Shown piece after piece: positions 9,787-19,202 of a stretch of DNA of 64,000 bases (its first letter is position 1; each line of letters begins with the position of its first letter). The stretch lies in assembly GCA_965205655.1 (NCBI GenBank), contig CBDBIJ010000091.1, positions 18,916-82,915 on the forward strand, read 5' to 3'. Both the position numbers and the translations under genes were made by a program. The notes beneath the pieces are model-generated. The model was not told the DNA's origin and did not search any database. It saw only the letters and a list, made by a program, of their open reading frames with translations. This DNA comes from Candidatus Latescibacterota bacterium (lineage in GTDB: Bacteria > Latescibacterota > UBA2968 > UBA8231).

Positions 9787-11478
9787 TCAGCCGCCTCTCC
9801 CGGCCGGATCGCCATCGGAAAGGAAGGCTTGCAGGTGGTCCTCGTAGATGGTGACCCGATCTTCGTATCTCTCGGTGAGCTGTCCGAGAAACTCGTCGAA
9901 CCTTTGCCTGGAGAGCTCCTGGCGCAGTTCCTTCGCCGCCCGGAACCTCGCCTTCTCAAAGGGCAGATGATAGCCCGGCCTCCTGCCGAGAACCCGAAAA
10001 ACGGAGTAGCCTCGATAGGTCTTGACCGGCCCGACGAGCTCACCCACTTCGGCGTCTGCCGCTTCGTAGCCGAGTCGTTCGTAGGTGTGGCGCTTCACCA
10101 GGCGCACACGCCCACCGGCGCGGCGAACGTTGGGGCTGCGGATGGAATGCCGCCTCGCCAGGTCGTCGAAATCCGCGCCGCCTTCGAGCAGGCTCCGGAG
10201 GGAATCGGACTCTGCCCGGGACTTCACCAACACCTCCTGGATGCTGACGTGGTCATCGATGACGTACTCGTCCCGGTTTTCCTCGAAATATCGCCGAATC
10301 TCGTCCTCGGACAGATTGATCCTCTCCTCGACCTCTACCTCCACGATGCGGTCCACGAGGGCTGCGCGCAGGGTCCTTTTCACTCCCTTTTCGACGTACT
10401 CCGTTTCGCGCAGACCGAGCTCATCGGCCCATCCCGTCAGCAGGCTCTTGTGAGCGAACAGGCGGCGGGCGTAGAGACGCAGATCCTCGACCGTCCTGAT
10501 CTCCACCTGTTGGCCGCGTTCGCTGCGAATGGCCGACATGAACTGACCGATGGTCCAGCTCTCTCCCTCGGCACTCAGCAGAGGTTTGCGCCCCTCGTTT
10601 TTTCCGAGTTTCGGCTGCTCATCCCCGGCCTCGGTGAAGCGGGCGAAAAGCAGTTGCAGCGCCTCATTTCGTTCCCGCACCCCGGCGCGCTCGGCCAGAT
10701 CCTCGAGAAACCTGGCCGTCGTCACAGCCCGATTCTGCTCACGCACCACCTGCTCGACCTCAACGGCGACGGAATCGAAGGGGACGTGGCGCAGGTCGGT
10801 CACCATGAGCCAGGTGAACTCGCCTTTTCCCTCGGGGATCGGTCCGATAAGCTCTCCCACGACGGCTTTGAAAACCGCGCTCACCAATTTCGGCGACGAG
10901 AGGGACAGGCGGCTCATCCAGCCCATGTCTCCCCCTATCTGAGCCGTTTCACCGTCGTCGGACAGCTCCCGCGCGAGCTCGGCGAACTCCTCGCCTGAGT
11001 CGACGCGAGCCTTCACTTCACGGGCGGTATCGGGATCACCCACGAGGATGCGGCGGAGGCGGCGCTGTTCACCAATGTGATAGCGGTCGTAAAAATACCG
11101 GGCCTCTTCTTTCGTCACCTCCGTCGACTCCTCGAGAATGCCGCGGCGATAGAGCTCCTCCACGAGCAGCTGACGCTCATGATCATCCACTCTGGACGTC
11201 ACCCTCCAATCGTGCTGGAGACCCCGCGCCCTGGCCGCGATGACGAACAGCTCGGTTTCGATCAAACGCTGAAGGGCGCGACGCTCCACGTCATCGGCGC
11301 GGGGGACGCCCTCGACGTAGAGCGTTTCCAACGCTTCTTCGACGCTTTCGACGGTCAACTCCCTCTCTCCGACTCTGGCGAGGACCCGATTGTCGACGGG
11401 CTCGTCAAGCGGCGAATCGCAGCCCAGGAGAGCAGTTGCGAGTACGGGAATGCAGGCGAAAACGCGCGGAAGGTGCAC
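9787..11478 (-). CDS. Parvulin (PpiC) foldase with two rotamase-like domains, lipoprotein
   Basis: Lipobox LLG-C; 'GEEFAELARELSDD...GGDMGW' and 'GADFDDLARRHS...GPVKTYRGYSVFRV'. Confidence 0.88.
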   Translation of the reverse strand: MHLPRVFACIPVLATALLGCDSPLDEPVDNRVLARVGERELTVESVEEALETLYVEGVPRADDVERRALQRLIETELFVIAARARGLQHDWRVTSRVDDHERQLLVEELYRRGILEESTEVTKEEARYFYDRYHIGEQRRLRRILVGDPDTAREVKARVDSGEEFAELARELSDDGETAQIGGDMGWMSRLSLSSPKLVSAVFKAVVGELIGPIPEGKGEFTWLMVTDLRHVPFDSVAVEVEQVVREQNRAVTTARFLEDLAERAGVRERNEALQLLFARFTEAGDEQPKLGKNEGRKPLLSAEGESWTIGQFMSAIRSERGQQVEIRTVEDLRLYARRLFAHKSLLTGWADELGLRETEYVEKGVKRTLRAALVDRIVEVEVEERINLSEDEIRRYFEENRDEYVIDDHVSIQEVLVKSRAESDSLRSLLEGGADFDDLARRHSIRSPNVRRAGGRVRLVKRHTYERLGYEAADAEVGELVGPVKTYRGYSVFRVLGRRPGYHLPFEKARFRAAKELRQELSRQRFDEFLGQLTERYEDRVTIYEDHLQAFLSDGDPAGRGG

Positions 11479-11674
11479 GGAAAATGCTCCGAAAAGAGGT
11501 TTGCAGAAGTATAACGCGGCGAAACGGAGCGGACCACAGCCGTGGCTCGCAATGTCTCAATCGGGGGTTTCTCTGTAGATTTTTGAAGGTGCGTAGACGT
11601 CGTGTGCGCCAGCTGCTGCGCACAAGAACGTCGCCGAGGGGCGCTCGAGGAGAGGAAAAGGGAAAGGTGAGAGA

Positions 11675-13330
11675 ATGAAGCTCGAGGCGCGGTTACTCCC
11701 GCTGGCCGTCGTCGCCTCCGTGGCCGGTTCTGCGGGAGCGGTGCCGCATTTCACCGATGTCACCGAAGACGCCGGAATCGATTTCCTGCACGCAAACGGG
11801 GCGAGCGGTCGAAAGTACGTGATCGAGACCGTCGGCCCCGGCGTCGGCTTCCTCGATGTCGACGGCGACGGCAACCTCGACATCTACTTGATCAACGGTG
11901 CCGAGGTACCCGGTACGGTGCTGGCCGAAAAGCCGACGAACGTCATTTACCTAAATGAGGATGGCGTTCGCTTTCGCGACGTGACCGCGGCCACGGGCGC
12001 CGGCGACACAGGGTACGGCCTGGGATGCGCGGCCGCCGACATCGACAACGACGGCGATGAAGATCTCTACGTGACCAATTTCGGACCGAACGTCCTCTAT
12101 CGAAACGACGGCGACTGGCCGGGCGGTCGCTTCACCGACATCACGGCCACGGCCGGCGTGGCGGCCGGGCTGTTCAGCAGCAGCAGCGCCTTTGCGGACG
12201 TCGACGGCGACGGATCGGTCGACCTGTTCGTCGCCAACTACAACGACTTTTCCTACGAGAACCACGTGATTTGCCGCGCCGCCGGCAGCGATCTGCAGCT
12301 CTACTGCGGACCGGAGGCCTATGTGGGCGTTCGCGACATCCTCTACCACAACAGCGGAGACGGCAGTTTCGAAGACGTGACCGAGTCGGCGGGGCTCATC
12401 AATGCGACGGGCAAGGAGCTTGGGGTCGTCTTCGGGGATGTAGATGGCGACGGAGATCCGGATCTGTACCTGGCGAACGATAAGATGCTGAATTTCCTCT
12501 ACCTCAACGACGGCAGCGGCCGATTCGAGGAGGTCGGCTATTTCGCCGGTGTCGCTCTCAACGAAGACGGCGAATTCGAGGCGGGAATGGGTGTGGATAT
12601 GGGGGATGTGGACAACGACGGCAGGCCAGATTTGTTCGTTACAAACTTCCAATGGGAGACGAATACCCTCTATCGAAATATGGGAGACGGCACCTTCGTC
12701 GACGACACGTTCAGTTCTGGTCTGGGTCTGGGCAGCATTCCATATTTGAGCTGGGGAACCCGTTTCGTCGATTTCGACAACGACGGGGATCGCGATATCT
12801 TCATCGCCAACGGCCACCTCGAAAGCGATGTGGCGTTGATCCAGAGCACGACATTCCCGCAACGCAATCAGCTGTTCCTCAACGACGGTACGGGCAGCTT
12901 CCGGGAACATAAGGACGTGGCGGGCAGCGCTCTGGCAATCAAAAAGGTGAGCCGCGGCGCCGCCTTTGGCGACTATGACAACGACGGCGATATGGACATT
13001 TTGGTGGGCAACTGCGGGGGCACGACGACGCTGATGCGAAACGATGGGGGCAACGAAAACAACTGGCTCCGGCTTCGCCTGGAGGGGACGGTCAGCAATC
13101 GCGCCGCCATCGGCACTCGAGTAGAGCTCGTCAGCGGCGATCTCGTTCAGGTAGACGAGGTGCGCAGCGGTGCGAGCTACCTGTCCCAGAGTGACCTGCG
13201 GCTGTTTTTCGGTCTGGGCTCCCGGGACCGGGTCGACCGGCTCACGGTGATGTGGCCCGGCGGTGCGTCGGATGTCCACGAGGGTCTGTCGGTCAACAGG
13301 GAAATCATCTTGACCGAGGCGAATCCGTGA
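11675..13330 (+). CDS. CRTAC1 family protein (FG-GAP/VCBS repeats plus ASPIC/UnbV domain)
   Basis: Multiple DxDxDGxxD repeats, 'AGMGVD', 'SRGAAFGDYDNDGD', C-terminal 'SNRAAIG...GASYLSQ...FGLG...WPGG'. Confidence 0.93.
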   Translation: MKLEARLLPLAVVASVAGSAGAVPHFTDVTEDAGIDFLHANGASGRKYVIETVGPGVGFLDVDGDGNLDIYLINGAEVPGTVLAEKPTNVIYLNEDGVRFRDVTAATGAGDTGYGLGCAAADIDNDGDEDLYVTNFGPNVLYRNDGDWPGGRFTDITATAGVAAGLFSSSSAFADVDGDGSVDLFVANYNDFSYENHVICRAAGSDLQLYCGPEAYVGVRDILYHNSGDGSFEDVTESAGLINATGKELGVVFGDVDGDGDPDLYLANDKMLNFLYLNDGSGRFEEVGYFAGVALNEDGEFEAGMGVDMGDVDNDGRPDLFVTNFQWETNTLYRNMGDGTFVDDTFSSGLGLGSIPYLSWGTRFVDFDNDGDRDIFIANGHLESDVALIQSTTFPQRNQLFLNDGTGSFREHKDVAGSALAIKKVSRGAAFGDYDNDGDMDILVGNCGGTTTLMRNDGGNENNWLRLRLEGTVSNRAAIGTRVELVSGDLVQVDEVRSGASYLSQSDLRLFFGLGSRDRVDRLTVMWPGGASDVHEGLSVNREIILTEANP

Positions 13331-14781
13331 GCGGGACTTCAGCCTTCCTCATCGCCCTCGCCTGCTGGAGCGTATGGTCGTGCGGGGGTAGTGCAGACCG
13401 TGCGGAGCGAACGGCGAGGAGAGAATCCGATGCAGCACTGGTGGAGGAGGCATCACCATCGGCTGCCGAGGCCTCTTTCGAGCTCGGGGTGAGGCTGGCT
13501 CGGGAAGGACGCTACAAGGAGGCGGCCGAAGCCTATCTCAAAGCCCTCGAGGCGGCTCCCGACGACACGAGTACGCTCTACAATCTCGGCAACGCCTACG
13601 TGAATCTGTCCGAGTACCCGAAGGCCATCGAGGTCTACCAGAAGGTACTCGAGCTGGATTCCACCCACGTCTCAGCTCGTCACAATCTGGCGGGCACCTA
13701 CTGGAAGCAGCTCAACGCAGCTATGGCGATCGCCGAGTTCGAGAAAGTCCTGGTTCTCGACCCGGACCACGTAACGGCTCACTACGATCTGGCCTATCTC
13801 TACTCGCACCGAGGAGACCACGAACGGGCAGGCACCTATATCGAGACCGGCCTCGAACGCGGGCCCGAGGACCCCGCGTTCTATCGACTCATCGGCCAGA
13901 TGCGAACCAAGGAGCTCAAATACGACGAGGCTCGCGCTGCCTTTGAGCGAGCGCTGGAGCTCGACGGCACCCACGCGGCTACCTTTGCGGACATGGCGAA
14001 AGTTGAGCTCAAATCGAAACGCTACGAAGAGGCAATAGTGGCATGTGAGCGGAGCATCGAGCTGGATCCTTTCGCCAAGGAGCCGCATCTGATGCTCGTG
14101 AACGCCCTACGGCGGCTCGGCCGCACCGAGGAGAGCCAGAAAGCGTTCGAGGAGTTCCGCAGGGTGGAGGAGGACTTCAGAGTCATACGGTCGAACTTGC
14201 GAGTCATCCAGAATGACCCCTACCATCACGCCGCGCGCGCCAACCTCGGGCTGCTCTATGGCCGCCACGGGCGGTTGAAGGAGGCCGCGGAGGCCTATCG
14301 CCTGGCGGCGCGCGCCGCGCCAGACAGCGCGCGCTACTTCAACGGTCTGGGCAGTGCCTATTTACGCCTCGAAGAGCACGGGTCAGCACTGGCTGCGTTT
14401 GACGAAGCGCTGCAGATCGATCCGGAGTTCGCCGACGCCTACTACAATACCGGATTGGTCCATCAGCGATTGCGCCAGTTCCCCGAGGCCAAAAAGGCCT
14501 TTCTGGCGGCGAAAAAGAGGGAGGACGGCGATCCGGACGTGAACTTCGCCCTGGGGCTGATCTACGGCAGGGAGGGCGACTACGAAAACGCCGCCCTGGC
14601 TCTCGAGCAGGTCGTTCGCAGCAGGCCGGAATTCCTCGACGCGCGTCACAAGCTGGCGGTTTCCTATCTGAAACTCCGTCGGGTCGAGGACAGCAAGCGA
14701 CACCTCCGGATCTTCAAAGAGATGACGGAGCGGGGCGTGGCCGAGAAGGCCGAGGAAACAGAAAGCAGAAAGGCCACATGA
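13327..14781 (+). CDS. Tetratricopeptide-repeat lipoprotein
   Basis: Many TPR units (LYNLGNAY, AHYDLA, AYYNTG). GTG at 13327 overlaps the upstream stop and gives a signal peptide ending VWS-C. Confidence 0.88.
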   Translation: MSGTSAFLIALACWSVWSCGGSADRAERTARRESDAALVEEASPSAAEASFELGVRLAREGRYKEAAEAYLKALEAAPDDTSTLYNLGNAYVNLSEYPKAIEVYQKVLELDSTHVSARHNLAGTYWKQLNAAMAIAEFEKVLVLDPDHVTAHYDLAYLYSHRGDHERAGTYIETGLERGPEDPAFYRLIGQMRTKELKYDEARAAFERALELDGTHAATFADMAKVELKSKRYEEAIVACERSIELDPFAKEPHLMLVNALRRLGRTEESQKAFEEFRRVEEDFRVIRSNLRVIQNDPYHHAARANLGLLYGRHGRLKEAAEAYRLAARAAPDSARYFNGLGSAYLRLEEHGSALAAFDEALQIDPEFADAYYNTGLVHQRLRQFPEAKKAFLAAKKREDGDPDVNFALGLIYGREGDYENAALALEQVVRSRPEFLDARHKLAVSYLKLRRVEDSKRHLRIFKEMTERGVAEKAEETESRKAT

Positions 14782-16319
14782 CGAGACGGGTTCTTAGCCT
14801 CGCCGGCCTCGTGCTGACAGTTGTCGCCGGCTGCAGCACGGGCGAAGTGGAGGCGCCGCCAGCTAGCGGAGCGGTCCCGGCCAGCGAAGCCCGCAAGGAA
14901 GAGAGCCAGGTCGTGGCGCAGGTGAATGACGCCGTCATTACGCTCTCCGATTTCCGACGATCCTTGGCGCGAGCGCCCGGAGGACGCGCAGAGCTCTCCC
15001 CGCAGCGGTACCTGCAGGCCCTCATCGACGAGGAATTGCTCGTCCAGGAAGCCGAGCGCCGCCGCCTGGGCCAAGCCACCGATCTCGAGCAGTCGCTTCA
15101 CAGGGAGACGCGGCTGCTGGCTCTGCGGGAGTTGTATAGCCGTGAAGGCATCTCGCTGGACCCGCCCACGGATGAGGAAATGCGGGCGTATTTCGAGTCG
15201 AGTCCATACAGGCAGCGGGTCCGCTTCAGCGCCCTGATGGTCAGCAGCGCCGAGCAGATTCCGGCGATTCTGGAAGAGCTCGAGAGCGGAGCCGAATTCG
15301 AGGCTGTGTCGATGAAGTTTTCACAGGACAGTCGAATCCTCGCCCGAAATGCCGATATGGGGTTCCACCGGTGGGCAACGACGAGCCCGGCGTACCGACC
15401 AGTGGCGGACATGGCCTTCTCCACTGCCCCCGGCGAGATCGGCGGACCGCTCGAGGCGGCTGATGGGCATTTCCTCATCAAGGTTACGGAGGTGCGGCCC
15501 GTCAGTTTCGAGGTCGAGCGCGACGCCATCGAAAGGCTGATGGTCGAGGAGCGACTGGCCCGCCCCCTGGCGGACTACTACGACAGGCTGCGACAGGAAT
15601 ACGACCTGCAGATCGATGAAGACGGGCTGGCCGCCCTGGCGGCAGAGCTCGTGGACCCGTCAGCGTCGAGTCAGCACCACGGGCACCACGGGGGCGGGCA
15701 TAGCAGCGGTCATCACGAGGGACATGTGCAGATGTCGATGACGGCTTCAGACGACGACGACCCCTCCGCAATCGTGGTGACATTTCGCGGCGACAGTCTG
15801 AGCTTGGCCCAGTGCCGCACTCTGCTCAGAAAATCCCGAAAAGGGGCCTATCCGACAATCGAGGCACTTCGGAATCATCTGACGCAGGTCGCTAGTCGCG
15901 AGGCGCTCGCCGTTCACGAGATTCTGCGCCTGGAGCTGCTCCAAACGGCGAATGTGCAGGACGGCCTCGCCCGAGCGCGCAGGAGACTCCTGTTGCGTCG
16001 AATGCGAGAGAAGTTGACGGCCGATGCCGCCCCCGCCGACGAAAACAAGGAGCAGCTCTATTACGAGATCCACCGGGAGCGATATCTCGTGTCTGGAGAG
16101 GAGCCGGGTCTCGAGGCGGTCCTTGAGCGGGTGAGGGCGGACTACCTGCGAGACATGCGGGAGAAGCTGTTTCAGCTGGCCCTGGGCCGCCTGAGGAAAC
16201 GTTACGAAAACGGCATCGTCGTGTACGACGACCTCCTTCAACAGGGGGCTGATCTCTGGCGCCAGGAGACCGACGATGAGCGTGGTGTTCCCTTTGACCA
16301 GCTGGGGTCAGATAAGTAG
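14778..16319 (+). CDS. Parvulin-like foldase lipoprotein with His-rich insert
   Basis: Lipobox VAG-C; 'VVAQVND..IT', 'LQALIDEELLVQEA', 'GAEFEAVSMKFSQD...DMGF', 'GHFLIKV'. Confidence 0.82.
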   Translation: MTRRVLSLAGLVLTVVAGCSTGEVEAPPASGAVPASEARKEESQVVAQVNDAVITLSDFRRSLARAPGGRAELSPQRYLQALIDEELLVQEAERRRLGQATDLEQSLHRETRLLALRELYSREGISLDPPTDEEMRAYFESSPYRQRVRFSALMVSSAEQIPAILEELESGAEFEAVSMKFSQDSRILARNADMGFHRWATTSPAYRPVADMAFSTAPGEIGGPLEAADGHFLIKVTEVRPVSFEVERDAIERLMVEERLARPLADYYDRLRQEYDLQIDEDGLAALAAELVDPSASSQHHGHHGGGHSSGHHEGHVQMSMTASDDDDPSAIVVTFRGDSLSLAQCRTLLRKSRKGAYPTIEALRNHLTQVASREALAVHEILRLELLQTANVQDGLARARRRLLLRRMREKLTADAAPADENKEQLYYEIHRERYLVSGEEPGLEAVLERVRADYLRDMREKLFQLALGRLRKRYENGIVVYDDLLQQGADLWRQETDDERGVPFDQLGSDK

Positions 16320-16368
16320 GTTGCGGAGCAGGGGAAGTAGACCTCAGTCCACGGCAAAGGAGCGGCTT

Positions 16369-18822
16369 GTGAAAGCTCTGATGAAATGTTGGATTCTCGT
16401 CGGTTTTGCCGCCACCGTCGGGGCGGACGAGTTGCGCTTTGATGCAAAGCGTGACTGGGAGAAGTGGCGGCTTCCCCTCGGCGCGGTGGAACTGGAGCTG
16501 AACGGGACCATACGGCCGGTTTCGGTGCAAAAGAACATCAATGCCGTGCTGAATGCCCCGGCTTTCGAGGGGGGCATTCGCGAGGCCGGCTCCAACGAGA
16601 GCGCCGCTCGATTCGTCATGGACGGGAGGGAGGACACCGGATGGGCGCCGGACCCCGAGGATTCACCCCAGGACTGGTATATCGAGGTCGACCTGGGCCG
16701 CGTCGTCAGCGCCACGGCGATAACATTCGTGTTCGATGAGGCGGCGGAGCCCTTCGAGCTATTCAACGTGCTGCTGTCGGGCGGCGAGCCCCTGCAGGCG
16801 AGCGGCAATATTGCGATCGAGGGCACCCTCGTCTACAAGATCAAGGATATCATCAGGCAGAACAAGCAACACCGAGTGACCTACGCTCCCGGCGAGGTGC
16901 TCGAGTACACGGCGATCCAGGCGGTGCGCATCGAGGTTCTCGACTTCGAGCCCGGTGGCAGGCTGATGGAGGTGGAAGTCAACGCCATCGGGCACAATGT
17001 GGCTCTGCACATGGTGCCGAACAACGGCAGCGCCCAGATGATCCTCGATCCCGATGTGACAAAGGAGGAAATAGCGGTTGCCAACGTGCTGCCGCTGGTG
17101 GATGGGGCGGTGTTCACCCGCTTTCTCGACAAGCGCGAAGCGAAATATTCGTATGACACGTGGTGGGATTTTACGGTCGATCTGGGCGCGACTTACTGGC
17201 TGGACCAGGTGAGGATGTACGGCTGGACGGCGCTGCGGCCGAACCACACCGGTAGATATTCGGTCAGAGATAGAGAGGGGAACCTCATTCTCGTAGGCGA
17301 CGGCACCACGACCCAGGTCACCAGGGCATTCAACATCGGGTCACAGGAGCTCCGCAACACCATCGATGCCCTGGGGCGTCGCGATTTTACCCTGAAATTC
17401 TATGAAGTGCTCACCTCCGACGGGTCCCTGGCTCCGGATGGCAGTTTCTTATGGACGAAGCACTTCTCCGGTCGAACGACCCTTCGAGACCAGCGATTGG
17501 GAGTCGCCGACCATCACTTCGATCTGACGCAGGCGCGCCTGTTCCGGATCCGCTGGCTCGCTTGGGACGCGGCTTGCAGCGATAGATTCAGATTCCTGGC
17601 AGCGGGGGCTCAGGGCAATGCGCAGGGCGGCCCAGAGTGCTACGGGCACGGCACGGCGGATGAGTACCAGGTTTTCGGGGAGGGTCTTCCCGCGGATGTG
17701 GAGATCACGTCCGGACCGATCGAGCTGGGCGGAGACAAGAATCTTATGAGCGTGAGCTGGGAGGCGGAGACACCGCCGGGCACGCGAGTGGAGATCAGGA
17801 GCCGCACCGGGAATCAGATCCGCGTTGACACGAGCGGGTGGTTCGACAACAAGGGAGGCCCGGTCAGCGAGAGGAGATGGAACAGTCTGAGGAAGCAGAA
17901 TCGGGCAGGTGACGTGACGGAGATACGCAACGCCGGCGACGACTGGAGCCCGTGGAGCAACATCTACGCCTCTTCCGGCCAGCCCTTCCAGTCACCCTCG
18001 CCGCGCCGAAAGATGGAGCTCAGCGCCCGTCTGGTGAGTGAATCGCCGCAGACTGCGGCCAGTCTGGACTGGATCGCGGTGGAGTTCTCGGCGCCCATCG
18101 CCGACAGCGCCTTCGGGGAGATCGTCCCGACTCAGGTGGAACCGGGCGAGCTGACCGAGTTTTCGTACTACGTCCGCCCCATGGGACAGACTCGAGACCT
18201 CGACCAGGTAACTGTAGCCGCGCCGGTGCCGATTAAATTCATGGGCGCGTCTATCGGCGGTGAAGCAATGGAGGTGGGGGAACCGGAAAGTCTCGCCGAC
18301 GGTTTCCAGATCACTTTTCCCCAGACGGTCCGACGGAATCAGGTCGTCGAGGTGCGTTTCGAATCCTCTGTGTTCGTCCAGGGTACGCGGTTCGAGGCGT
18401 TTCTGGGCGACAGCAGTCGCGAGACGGTCAGACAGCGGGTGGATCCCGGTGACGCCAACAGAGTAGTCGATAGCAGCACGAATGTCGTCAGACTGCCAGT
18501 CACTGGCGACCTCATTTCGGACTTGCTCGTCGAGCCGCAGGTCCTCACTCCGAACGGCGACGGAATCAACGACGAGCTCGAGCTCACCTTCTTCGTGGCG
18601 AATGTGCTGAGTCCGCGCTCGATGCGCTTGCGGGTGTTCGACCTGTCCGGGCGCCTCGTTCACGAAGAGGACAGAGACGCGCTAGCCGGCCAGCAGACAT
18701 TCGTCTGGGACGGCAGCGGCGGCGGCGCGGTGGTGGCGCCCGGTGTGTACCTGCTGGAGCTCCGCATGGCCGGCGATGCCCGCGACGACGAGTTGCACCG
18801 ACTCATCCCAGTGGCGTACTGA
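16369..18822 (+). CDS. Secreted discoidin-like / FlgD-CTD protein, tandem copy A
   Basis: GTG 16369 after an AAGGAG RBS; 'MDG..DTGW...WYIEVDLGR'; DWSPWS; LTPNGDGINDEL; ends RLIPVAY*. Confidence 0.87.
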   Translation: MKALMKCWILVGFAATVGADELRFDAKRDWEKWRLPLGAVELELNGTIRPVSVQKNINAVLNAPAFEGGIREAGSNESAARFVMDGREDTGWAPDPEDSPQDWYIEVDLGRVVSATAITFVFDEAAEPFELFNVLLSGGEPLQASGNIAIEGTLVYKIKDIIRQNKQHRVTYAPGEVLEYTAIQAVRIEVLDFEPGGRLMEVEVNAIGHNVALHMVPNNGSAQMILDPDVTKEEIAVANVLPLVDGAVFTRFLDKREAKYSYDTWWDFTVDLGATYWLDQVRMYGWTALRPNHTGRYSVRDREGNLILVGDGTTTQVTRAFNIGSQELRNTIDALGRRDFTLKFYEVLTSDGSLAPDGSFLWTKHFSGRTTLRDQRLGVADHHFDLTQARLFRIRWLAWDAACSDRFRFLAAGAQGNAQGGPECYGHGTADEYQVFGEGLPADVEITSGPIELGGDKNLMSVSWEAETPPGTRVEIRSRTGNQIRVDTSGWFDNKGGPVSERRWNSLRKQNRAGDVTEIRNAGDDWSPWSNIYASSGQPFQSPSPRRKMELSARLVSESPQTAASLDWIAVEFSAPIADSAFGEIVPTQVEPGELTEFSYYVRPMGQTRDLDQVTVAAPVPIKFMGASIGGEAMEVGEPESLADGFQITFPQTVRRNQVVEVRFESSVFVQGTRFEAFLGDSSRETVRQRVDPGDANRVVDSSTNVVRLPVTGDLISDLLVEPQVLTPNGDGINDELELTFFVANVLSPRSMRLRVFDLSGRLVHEEDRDALAGQQTFVWDGSGGGAVVAPGVYLLELRMAGDARDDELHRLIPVAY

Positions 18823-18937
18823 TCAGATCTCGCAACCCTCGATGCTCCGCCAGCGGGGCTGGTTCATCCCCCTTCCTCGTTCATCGTCAAATCAGCTCGA
18901 CCGCAACTCTGACGGGTAATCGGGGTCGCAGTGTGAC

Positions 18938-19152
18938 ATGAGCGCCAAGCCGTCCTGGTCGGGGCCATCAGCATTCATTGTCTGCCCGTGGGCCATACTC
19001 GCGGTCAAAGGGCCCCTCGGTCGCCTGAGGAAACGTTACGAGAGCGGATCGTCGTGTACGACAACCGCCTACAACAGGCGGCAGATTTAAGGCGCCAGGA
19101 GACCGCTGATGAGCCGGGTGCTCTCTTTGACCAGCTGGGGTCAAATAAGTAG
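18938..19152 (+). pseudogene. Chimeric relic at the duplication junction: decayed 5' end of the DUF6785-like gene joined to the decayed 3' end of the foldase gene
   Basis: 18938-19012 matches 21765-21875 with a deletion of about 40 bp between agccgtcct repeats; 19012-19152 matches 16178-16319 with indels. Confidence 0.88.
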
Positions 19153-19202
19153 GTTGCAGAAAGGGGAAGTAGACCGGGCCCACTATGCCGGAGGAGCGGA
19201 CA

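Noticed and set aside
16276-16368. ORF-track N-terminal extensions (16276, 13252, 25727-26932, 41731, 41978, 49403, 53593)
   Set aside because: They overlap neighbouring genes or lack an RBS; downstream starts give better RBS or signal peptides.
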